From the NCBI GenBank assembly GCA_963765675.1, contig CAVXXK010000001.1, forward strand, positions 1,696,001 to 1,760,000: a DNA stretch of 64,000 nucleotides, read 5' to 3'. Below are positions 49,811 to 57,505 of the stretch, in pieces; within the stretch, counting starts at the first letter, position 1, and every line of letters starts with the position of its first letter. The notes under the pieces were generated by a model. The model made no database searches. It was not told the origin of the DNA and was given only the letters and a program-made list of their open reading frames with translations. The DNA is from an uncultured delta proteobacterium. Lineage in GTDB: Bacteria > Desulfobacterota > Binatia > Binatales > Binataceae. Position numbers and translations under genes: made by a program.

Positions 49811-50137
49811 CAGGAACATCGCGAGGTAAATCAGAAGCTCGCGGACGCCGTCGTCGGCGCAGAGTAAAACGAAGCCACCGATCAAATGAGGACGAAGGCC
49901 GGCAACGGCCAATAACCCCACGACCGCTGCCAGCGCCATCGCGCCGTCCACCGCCGCAAGAACTCGCGCTGGCTGGCCGCTGTCGGGCCGCAGATCGCCG
50001 TGCAGGATGTGGCTCGCGGGGAAGACGGAGAGGTTATCGTATCTGGCGAGTTGAACGTGGAGGCTGAGCGCGAACGTAAACAGAAGCATCAACACGATGA
50101 AAGGTTCTGATCGAAGCGGTGAACCTCTTACCGACAT
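49778..50137 (-). CDS. 119-aa membrane-targeted leader protein ending in FLRPPP (candidate arrest peptide)
   Basis: Two hydrophobic segments; RPPP followed by 6 residues and stop; own promoter upstream. Confidence 0.6.
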   Translation of the reverse strand: MSVRGSPLRSEPFIVLMLLFTFALSLHVQLARYDNLSVFPASHILHGDLRPDSGQPARVLAAVDGAMALAAVVGLLAVAGLRPHLIGGFVLLCADDGVRELLIYLAMFLRPPPFCQQAI

Positions 50138-50171
50138 TGAAAGCTTTTCGATGCCGAGCCTCACACAATCG

Positions 50172-50200
50172 AAGCTACGGTCGCATCTGCAATCAGTCAA
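50172..50200 (-). promoter_or_regulatory. Putative sigma70 promoter for the leader ORF
   Basis: TTGACT-N17-TAGCTT about 35 nt upstream of ATG 50137. Confidence 0.5.
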
Positions 50201-50203
50201 TAG

Positions 50204-50231
50204 AAAAGACCCCGCGCGAGCGGCGCGGGTC
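50204..50231 (-). terminator. Putative intrinsic terminator upstream of the leader promoter
   Basis: GC-rich hairpin GACCCGCGC...GCGCGGGGTC followed by TTTT on the minus strand. Confidence 0.45.
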
Positions 50232-50318
50232 GTCACCGCGGCGTGCGCGATGATAGACTGATCGCGACGACAGAAAGTTCTGCTGCGAAACATTCAGATG
50301 GAAACTGCGGTCCGCACA

Positions 50319-50609
50319 GGCAAGGACGCGCGGATGGCGGTTGTGCAATCAGCGATGCTCGCGAACGCCGCGGAGATTCTCCGGCCGGGCGGCGCGCTGG
50401 TTTATTCCGTATGCAGCCTCGCGCCCGAAGAGGGCGAGGGCGTGGTGCGAGAGTTTCTCGCCGCGCATCGCGACTTCGAAATCGATCGAGCGCCCGCGAT
50501 TCGCGCCGAAGCGCAGGACCTCTTCGACGACGCCGGTCTTATGCGCACCCGCCCCGACCACGGCGGCCTCGACGGCTTCTTCGCTGCGCGAATAGTTAGA
50601 AAATCCTGA
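50319..50609 (+). pseudogene. Duplicated, internally deleted rsmB 3' fragment (direct repeat copy 2)
   Basis: 50319..50335 equals rsmB 47745..47761; from 50327 it aligns to rsmB 47981 onward. Confidence 0.9.
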
Positions 50610-50770
50610 TAAGATCTGACCTTCTGATGACGCGAAGATGCGCTTTTTGGTGCGCAGCGGCAGTTTCTGCGCGCCAGGCCGTTGCGCTGCCGCGCACCTT
50701 GATTGGAAAATGCTCTTTGCGGGCGGCGCGGATTCTCTTAGATTGATTGGTGGGGGTTCAAGCGTTCCGA

Positions 50771-51496
50771 ATGGCGAAGCACCGCCGAATCTCAGTCGCG
50801 TGGATATCGAACGGCCTGCGCGTTTCGGCTGTCGCACGCACGGCCGCTAGCATCCCAGTGCTCGCGGCGCTTGCCATCGTCGGACTTGCAGGGTGTTCGG
50901 CTCAGAATCCGGCTCCCGATTTCGCCCGCTCATCATCTCAGTCTGGTGCCGCGCTCTACCCATTGGGCGCGAATCCGGTTATTGCGCCGCACGTCGAAGT
51001 GGCGTCGTGGTACGGTTCCGGATTCCAAGGGCATCCGACCAGCACTGGCGAGAGCTTCAATGAATATGGCCTCACCGCCGCGTCCAAGACTCTTCCGCTC
51101 GGAAGCACGGTGCGCGTGACCAATCCCGCCAACGGACGCTCGGTCAATGTACGGATTAACGATCGCGGCCCATATGTGCGCGGTCGCTCGCTCGATCTCT
51201 CCAAGCGCGCGGCACAGAGCCTCGGGATCACGGGCACCGGTGTAGCTCCGGTGTTGGTTGCCTCATCCGAGGCGGCGCCCATTCGAATACATTATTCGCC
51301 GCCTCACGGAGTCGCCGCCAGGACCTACCGGCCTGCGCATCACACGGCGGAGCATTCGGCGATGCGCTGGAGCCGGTCGAGCGCACATCGGCAGCCCGTT
51401 TACCGCATCGTGCGCACGTATCATTGGCGGCGGCATTCGCGGACGGTCTGGAATCCGGTTGGCGCGTGGATCGAGAGTTCGCTCTCTACACTCTGA
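50771..51496 (+). CDS. rlpA: RlpA-family lytic transglycosylase lipoprotein
   Basis: Lipobox LAGC; 'ASWYG..TAASKTLPLG..VRINDRGPY..DLSKRAA'. Confidence 0.9.
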   Translation: MAKHRRISVAWISNGLRVSAVARTAASIPVLAALAIVGLAGCSAQNPAPDFARSSSQSGAALYPLGANPVIAPHVEVASWYGSGFQGHPTSTGESFNEYGLTAASKTLPLGSTVRVTNPANGRSVNVRINDRGPYVRGRSLDLSKRAAQSLGITGTGVAPVLVASSEAAPIRIHYSPPHGVAARTYRPAHHTAEHSAMRWSRSSAHRQPVYRIVRTYHWRRHSRTVWNPVGAWIESSLSTL

Positions 51497-51614
51497 ATTT
51501 CTGATGCGAATGGCAGTGTTCCCACTGGTTCGCTTTCCGCGCTCTCCGGAATCAGCTAATTGGTCTATGCAGCGCGAATCGCATGCTGATCTCTGACCGA
51601 AAGAGGGCGAATTC

Positions 51615-52415
51615 ATGGATACCGCGGCAAGTACCCGACTCAAAAGACTCGACGAGGCGATCAGCCGCCACGTGCGGCCCGATTCGTTCCCGCTCGGAAT
51701 CCGGATGCTCAAGCCCGGCGAGCCCGTGCCCGAGGGCTTGCGTATCCCGAGCAAGAGCATGGGCGAGCACTGGATCGTATGCCAATCGATCGGAGTCGCG
51801 CGACGCTACGGATGGGGAATCGCGGTGGGAAAGGAGGACGTGATCTGTCCGCTCTCCGCGATCGCATTCGGATTTCGCAAACCCAACGATGAATACCTGC
51901 GTGGCTTCGCCTCGACCGGGATGTACTGCGAGAACGAGGAAGCGGCCACGCGGCTCGAAGCAGGAGTCTGGCACTTCGAGCCGGGCAGCTACGATTACGT
52001 CTGCGTCGCGCCGCTTGCCCGCGCGACCTTCGAGCCGCACGTCGTCGCGGTGTATGCCAACAGCGCGCAGGTGATGCGGCTGGTGAACGCCGCCCTCTAC
52101 ACCCGCGGCGGAAGAATCGAAAGCACGACCGGAGGGCGGCTGGATTGCGCGGAAATAGTAATTCAGACGATGACCACCGCCGCGCCCAAGGTGATTATTC
52201 CGTGCAACGGAGATCGTGTATTCGGGATGGCGCAGGACACAGAGATGGTTTTCGCGTGTCCGTGGGCGTTCGTAGACGAACTCTTAAAGGGACTCGAAGG
52301 TACCTACAAGGGAGGCGTGCGCTATCCGATTCCGGTGGCGATGCGAGGCACGGTCACGATGCCGAAGCATTACCAGGAGCTGCTGACAATGCTCGAGAAG
52401 CGCGATACCAAGTAG
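51615..52415 (+). CDS. DUF169 family protein
   Basis: 'CQSIGVARRYGW..DVICP', 'QVMRL', 'DCAE', 'PCNGDR'. Confidence 0.8.
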   Translation: MDTAASTRLKRLDEAISRHVRPDSFPLGIRMLKPGEPVPEGLRIPSKSMGEHWIVCQSIGVARRYGWGIAVGKEDVICPLSAIAFGFRKPNDEYLRGFASTGMYCENEEAATRLEAGVWHFEPGSYDYVCVAPLARATFEPHVVAVYANSAQVMRLVNAALYTRGGRIESTTGGRLDCAEIVIQTMTTAAPKVIIPCNGDRVFGMAQDTEMVFACPWAFVDELLKGLEGTYKGGVRYPIPVAMRGTVTMPKHYQELLTMLEKRDTK

Positions 52416-52476
52416 CATTGGCGCGTCACTGAGTAATTTAAATTTCCGATCCCTACTGAGAATTTACTGAGAAATA

Positions 52477-52511
52477 AAAACGGGCGGCCCGCACAATGGG
52501 TCGCCCGTTTT
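52477..52511. terminator. Bidirectional intrinsic terminator
   Basis: AAAACGGGCGGCCC-loop-GGGTCGCCCGTTTT between convergent genes. Confidence 0.85.
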
Positions 52512-52534
52512 GTCGACTACTATAATCCGTGCGC

Positions 52535-53038
52535 TTAGTCCTGGGCGGGCGGCGCGGACTCAGACTGCTGCGAGCTGTTCTGATGCATCAGTGAGTGCAT
52601 CTGCTGGTGCAGCGATTGCATCTGCGTATAAGTCGAGCCGGCCTGCGCGAGCTGCGTCGGCGTCAGGACTCCGCGAATCTGGATCGCGGTCTGAATGAAG
52701 GCCTGGTCGATCTGGCTCTGAATCTGCTCGTTGGCGGTGACCAGCGGCGAGATATCAGAGGCTGAAACCGTCCCGGCCGACAAGTACTTGGCGGCTACCG
52801 CCTCGCGGCCGGCGTGCAGTTGCTGAAACAGGGGTTTCAGCGTCGCGAATTGAGACTTCATGATCGTATGAATCTGTTGGCGCTGCGACGAAGTCAGATT
52901 TGCCGAGTGCAGGACCTGCGGCAACGGGATGCCGACGGCGCTGCCGCCTCCGTGCCCGTGCATATGTGCCATGGCCGGAGCGGCGGTTATCGCGAGCGCA
53001 AAAACTCCCGCAGCGAGTCCAATCCATCGTGCTTTCAT
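52535..53038 (-). CDS. Spy/CpxP-family periplasmic protein
   Basis: Signal peptide; two LTxxQ motifs (NLTSSQ, VLTPTQ); RBS AAGGAG. Confidence 0.85.
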   Translation of the reverse strand: MKARWIGLAAGVFALAITAAPAMAHMHGHGGGSAVGIPLPQVLHSANLTSSQRQQIHTIMKSQFATLKPLFQQLHAGREAVAAKYLSAGTVSASDISPLVTANEQIQSQIDQAFIQTAIQIRGVLTPTQLAQAGSTYTQMQSLHQQMHSLMHQNSSQQSESAPPAQD

Positions 53039-53355
53039 TTCCTTATATCTCCTTAACTTCCGTGAAAGTTGATTCCTCAAATTCAGTTTTTGACAATCCG
53101 AGCGGGGGTTCGGACGCCCAGCCTGCCCGGGGAGGGGGGCAGGTCAATCGCTGCGCGCGGAGCCTGCTGCCGGAGACATCCTCGTCCCCGCTCTTGATAG
53201 GGTAGACGCACCTGGTTCCGCCGAGTTGCGCGGGCGTCAGGACTGCCCAATGTATTATACTTTCAGCAGTGTTATGGCCGTCCCGATGAGAGTACCCGTC
53301 GTCCGATGACCGCAACTCCGGAATCCGCGCCGCGTCTGGCACGTATAGGAAGATA

Positions 53356-53985
53356 GTGGGAAATCCATGCCTCAAGCCTGAGCATCCCGTCTCGATCGTG
53401 CTTCGCGCACAGTCCGGGGATGAAACCGCGCTCGAGGAGTTGGTTACGCTCTACCAGGAGAGAATCGGCGGGTTCGTTTACTCGATCCTCGGGGATCCCG
53501 AGGCGATTCCTGATACCTGCCATTCGGTGTTCGTCAAGATGATCGTCGGACTAAAGCGGTTGCGCGAACCCGCGAGCTTCGAGCCGTGGCTGTTCAGAAT
53601 CGCGCGCAACGCCTGCAACGATTTCCTGCGCCGCAAGCGGATGCGCCAGATCTTCGTTCCCTTCGAGCGCAAGCACGAGCAGGTCGCCGCTCCCGCGCAT
53701 CCCGAGCGCGACAGCAGGCTCGACGCGATGCGCCGCGCAATCGGCGCGTTGCCGGCACGTCAGCGCGAATTGATTTCCTTGCTCCAGGATCATGACTGGA
53801 GCTACGAGGATTTGGCGCGGGTCACGAATACTACAGTAGGTTCGGTAAAGTCGCGTCTGTTCCGCGCGCGCGAATTTTTACGCGAGAAAATCACCGCGGA
53901 TGAGCTGCGCGAGATCCAGCGCGAGCCGGCTAACGCCGGCCACCGCACCGCAGCAAATCCGTCTGAGGAATCAAATGACTACTAG
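53356..53985 (+). CDS. ECF sigma-70 factor (start uncertain)
   Basis: 'AQSGDETALEELV', 'FEPWLFRIARN', 'SYEDLA..GSVKSRLFRAR'. Confidence 0.92.
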   Translation: MGNPCLKPEHPVSIVLRAQSGDETALEELVTLYQERIGGFVYSILGDPEAIPDTCHSVFVKMIVGLKRLREPASFEPWLFRIARNACNDFLRRKRMRQIFVPFERKHEQVAAPAHPERDSRLDAMRRAIGALPARQRELISLLQDHDWSYEDLARVTNTTVGSVKSRLFRAREFLREKITADELREIQREPANAGHRTAANPSEESNDY

Positions 53986-54235
53986 ATTTGGATACTCACA
54001 ACGCCGCGAAGCGGGACGTCATCTGCCGCCTGGTTTTTCGAGCCGGGTAGTCGCCGACGCACGCGCGCTCGCGCGAGGCTCGGGCGAGCGGCGCCTGATG
54101 GCGATAACCGGTGCGGCCTGTATCGCATTGGTGATCGCGGGACACCTGGCGATTACCGCGGCCACCAGCCGCGCGAACCTTGAGCAATGGTCCAGCACCA
54201 CGAATCAAATCGTCGCGCTGGAAGAAACCCCATGA
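53975..54235 (+). CDS. Small single-TM protein, putative anti-sigma factor
   Basis: Overlaps the sigma gene end; 'LPPGFSSRVV' followed by one TM helix. Confidence 0.6.
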   Translation: MTTRFGYSQRREAGRHLPPGFSSRVVADARALARGSGERRLMAITGAACIALVIAGHLAITAATSRANLEQWSSTTNQIVALEETP

Positions 54236-54906
54236 GCGATCGCCTCCAGACCATCATCATCACGGTATTGCTATTCGTCAGCGGACTACTGATCGGAGTA
54301 TGGACTCAGCGCAGCCGTCCGTTTCCTCCCCCGCCGATTCCGCTGATGGGCGAGTTCGAGGGCCCGCGCGTGCTGGGCGAATACCCGCATCATCATTCCC
54401 ATCGCTTTGAGCGCGAATTTTTCGGCAAAGGACATATGTCGCCCGAGGAAATGCGCACCAAACTTGCTGAGCTCGAGCCGCGGATCAAGGCGTTCCAGGC
54501 CAACCTCGCCAATATCGAGAGCGACTTCCGCAAGGGCTTCGATGCGATCCTTACTCCTGCGCAGAAGACCAAGCTCGACCAGATCACCGCGGACCGCCAT
54601 CATCGCTTTGATGACGGTCCGATGCCCGGATGCGCCGGCGAACTCGGAAAGCCGCTCATTCCGATCGTGATCTATCGTCCGCTGCTCGACCGGATGACCG
54701 AGATGCTGACGCTCACGTCGGTGCAGCACGATCAGCTCGAGACCCTGCTGGTCGAGCGGCGCACGCGCTTTCTGAAATTCATCGACGACAATCCGCCCCC
54801 GAGCTTCAGCCTGCGCTATATGATTGGCCGCGGCTCCGCGCCGAGCGGCGCCGCAGCCAGCGAAGCCGCATCGCCTGCTCCCCCCGAGCCTCCCGCCACT
54901 GACTGA
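54232..54906 (+). CDS. Membrane-anchored periplasmic helical protein (Spy/heavy-metal-sensor-like)
   Basis: N-terminal TM; His cluster PHHHSH; LTPAQ and LTSVQ motifs; ATGA overlap. Confidence 0.65.
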   Translation: MSDRLQTIIITVLLFVSGLLIGVWTQRSRPFPPPPIPLMGEFEGPRVLGEYPHHHSHRFEREFFGKGHMSPEEMRTKLAELEPRIKAFQANLANIESDFRKGFDAILTPAQKTKLDQITADRHHRFDDGPMPGCAGELGKPLIPIVIYRPLLDRMTEMLTLTSVQHDQLETLLVERRTRFLKFIDDNPPPSFSLRYMIGRGSAPSGAAASEAASPAPPEPPATD

Positions 54907-54956
54907 TTCGATCGCGGGATCTCGCGGCGCGGCCCGCGCGAGGCTATCTTGTGCGC

Positions 54957-55646
54957 ATGGAGCGACAAGACAAAATCGCGCCGTCGGTACTCTCCGCCGA
55001 CTTCGCGCGCCTGGGCGAAGAGGTCGCGCGCGTCGAGCGCGCCGGCGCGGACCTGATTCATTTCGACGTGATGGACGGGCATTTCGTGCCCAATATCTCG
55101 ATTGGCGTGCCGGTCCTCGAATCGCTGCGCAAGGTGACGCGGTTGCCGCTCGACGCGCATCTGATGATCGAGAATCCCGAAAAGTACGTCGAGGTCTTCG
55201 TCAAGGCAGGCGCAAATTCCGTCTCGGTCCACGCCGAGGTCTGCAACGACATCCCCGCGATGGCGAAGCGGCTGCATGACCTGGGCGCACGCGCGTCGAT
55301 CGGCATCAATCCCGAAACCGACGTTGAGCGCGTACTGCCGTTCGCCGAGCATCTGGATATGATCCTGATCATGAGCGTGCATCCGGGCTTCGGCGGCCAG
55401 AGTTTCATCCCCGGCGCGCTCGACAAGCTGCGCGTCGTCAAGCGAGAGCTCGACCGGCGCGGCCTCGCGATCGATATCGAGATCGACGGCGGAGTTAAGC
55501 TCGACAATATCGCCGACGTGAAGGCGGCCGGCGCCAACGTATTCGTCTCCGGCTCCGGCATCTTCGGCCATCCGGACTACACCGTGATCATCGACGAGAT
55601 GCGCGACCAAATCGCGCACGCCGCCGCATCGCCGTCGCGGAAGTAA
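54957..55646 (+). CDS. rpe: Ribulose-phosphate 3-epimerase
   Basis: 'IAPSVLSADF', 'HFDVMDGHFVPN', 'MSVHPGFGGQSF', 'EIDGG'. Confidence 0.98.
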   Translation: MERQDKIAPSVLSADFARLGEEVARVERAGADLIHFDVMDGHFVPNISIGVPVLESLRKVTRLPLDAHLMIENPEKYVEVFVKAGANSVSVHAEVCNDIPAMAKRLHDLGARASIGINPETDVERVLPFAEHLDMILIMSVHPGFGGQSFIPGALDKLRVVKRELDRRGLAIDIEIDGGVKLDNIADVKAAGANVFVSGSGIFGHPDYTVIIDEMRDQIAHAAASPSRK

Positions 55647-55777
55647 CCGCCAAACGGTTCGTTTAGTCGCGCGTGGCTGCCGCGCGTGATGAATGACAGA
55701 TTTGTGCGCTCTCGCGCCGAAAAGGTGCCGATGCTATAACAATCCTTCTGCGCGTTCCCGGCGTGGCATTACGGAAT

Positions 55778-55855
55778 CGGGGTGTAGCTCAGCCTGGCCA
55801 GAGCACTGCGTTCGGGACGCAGGAGTCGCTGGTTCAAATCCAGTCACCCCGACCA
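55778..55855 (+). tRNA. tRNA-Pro (anticodon CGG)
   Basis: Acceptor stem CGGGGTG/CACCCCG, anticodon arm CTGCG-TTCGGGA-CGCAG, GGTTCAAATCC T-arm, encoded CCA; TGCTATAAC extended -10 upstream. Confidence 0.97.
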
Positions 55856-55884
55856 TCCTCTTCCCGCCGCGAACCCAAGTCATC

Positions 55885-56493
55885 ATGCTTACCCTCATCG
55901 TTCTGGTAATCGGCGCATACCTGATCGGATCGATCCCGTTCGGCGTGATCGTCGGCCGGATGCGCGGATTCGACCCGCGCGCGGTCGGCTCGGGAAATAT
56001 CGGGATGACCAACGTCGCGCGCGCGGGCGGCATGAGCGCCGCGATCATCACGTTCGTGGGCGATGTCCTCAAAGGAGCATTGCCTGTGCTCTTCGCGCGT
56101 GTGGCCGGCTTTGGACCCGCCGCCATAGCATGGACCGCGATTGGCGCCTTCGTCGGCTCGATCTGTTCGGTCTTCCTCCGCTTTGGCGGCGGCAAAGGCA
56201 TTTCCGCCGCGCTCGGGATCTGGCTCGTGATCTCGCCGCTGGCCGTGCTGATCGCCGGGAGCGCCTTTGCGATTGTCTTCGCGATCTTCCAGATCGTGTC
56301 GCTAGCGTCGCTGACCGCCGCGATCGTGATGCCGCCGGCCGTCGCTATCCTGCACCTCCCAAGTCCCTTCCTGTTGCTCGCTATCGTCATAACCGCGCTG
56401 ATACTCCTGCGATTTCACGGGAATATCGCGCGGCTGATTCGCGGCGAGGAACCGCAGTTTCGGCCCTGGGCGAAGTCCGATGCCCCGGCGTGA
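55885..56493 (+). CDS. plsY: Glycerol-3-phosphate acyltransferase PlsY
   Basis: 'YLIGSIPFG', 'GSGNIGMTNVAR', 'DVLKG', 'FGGGKGIS', 'NIARL..GEE'. Confidence 0.95.
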   Translation: MLTLIVLVIGAYLIGSIPFGVIVGRMRGFDPRAVGSGNIGMTNVARAGGMSAAIITFVGDVLKGALPVLFARVAGFGPAAIAWTAIGAFVGSICSVFLRFGGGKGISAALGIWLVISPLAVLIAGSAFAIVFAIFQIVSLASLTAAIVMPPAVAILHLPSPFLLLAIVITALILLRFHGNIARLIRGEEPQFRPWAKSDAPA

Positions 56494-56585
56494 GGGCGAT
56501 GCCTGCCGATTCATCGTTAGCCCGCTCGATGGGCACAGCTAAGGGCGAAATCGACATCCGCGAGGTCAATTTGGGCCGTCCGCGA

Positions 56586-56600
56586 TGGCATCGCGATTGC
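56586..56600 (+). promoter_or_regulatory. Sigma54 (-24/-12) promoter of glnB
   Basis: TGGCATCGCGATTGC with exact GG-N10-GC spacing, 130 nt upstream of the P-II gene. Confidence 0.7.
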
Positions 56601-56712
56601 CTGTCGATAGACGGGACCGGCGCCCGCGGCGGGCACTTGCGCAACCCACCCGGAAGGGGAAAAGGTAAAGCAGCCTTCGCGTGAATGCCTGAGCGCCGTG
56701 CTGCCCCGCTAA

Positions 56713-57084
<372 letters not shown>

Positions 57085-57117
57085 CCGCGCCCGCTCGCAG
57101 CCAATCAAAGAATCCCC

Positions 57118-57150
57118 CACGGCGGTTGGTCGTCCAACCGCCGTGTTTTT
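57118..57150 (+). terminator. Intrinsic terminator after glnB
   Basis: 12-bp stem CACGGCGGTTGG/CCAACCGCCGTG plus TTTTT. Confidence 0.88.
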
Positions 57151-57177
57151 CATCCGCCTCTGATCCCTCGCCCTGAA

Positions 57178-57386
57178 GAAACTGTCGATAAATGCCGAAT
57201 TCTTGTCCGTCATCCTGAACGAAGGCTGCCCCTTTCGGCGATGCTCAGGGCAGGCTCTGTGAAGGATCTCCGCGAAGCGATTAGTGCGAATGACCCAGAG
57301 GGGTTGCACTAATCGCTTCGCGGAGATCCTTCGCCTACGGCTCAGGATGACAACAGCGGCGGGTTTGCGAAAAAATCGACATCCTC
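57178..57386. mobile_element. 209-bp non-autonomous MITE-like element inserted in a REP-like repeat
   Basis: 5-bp duplication CTGAA (57173..57177, 57387..57391); imperfect TIRs; internal perfect 27-bp inverted repeat 57261..57287/57306..57332; empty-site homolog at 63117. Confidence 0.7.
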
Positions 57387-57505
57387 CTGAAAGGGAGAGG
57401 TTAGGTGAGGGACCGATCCGCGCGCGGCATCGCCGCGCGCTTTAAATCCTGCCGCTGGAGATCTGCGACGCTTCCTGGGCGAGGTGAAATTCTGGATTCG
57501 TGTAG

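Noticed and set aside
55778-55855. tRNA-Pro as an island integration site
   Set aside because: No duplicated tRNA 3' end or integrase in the window; flanked directly by rpe and plsY
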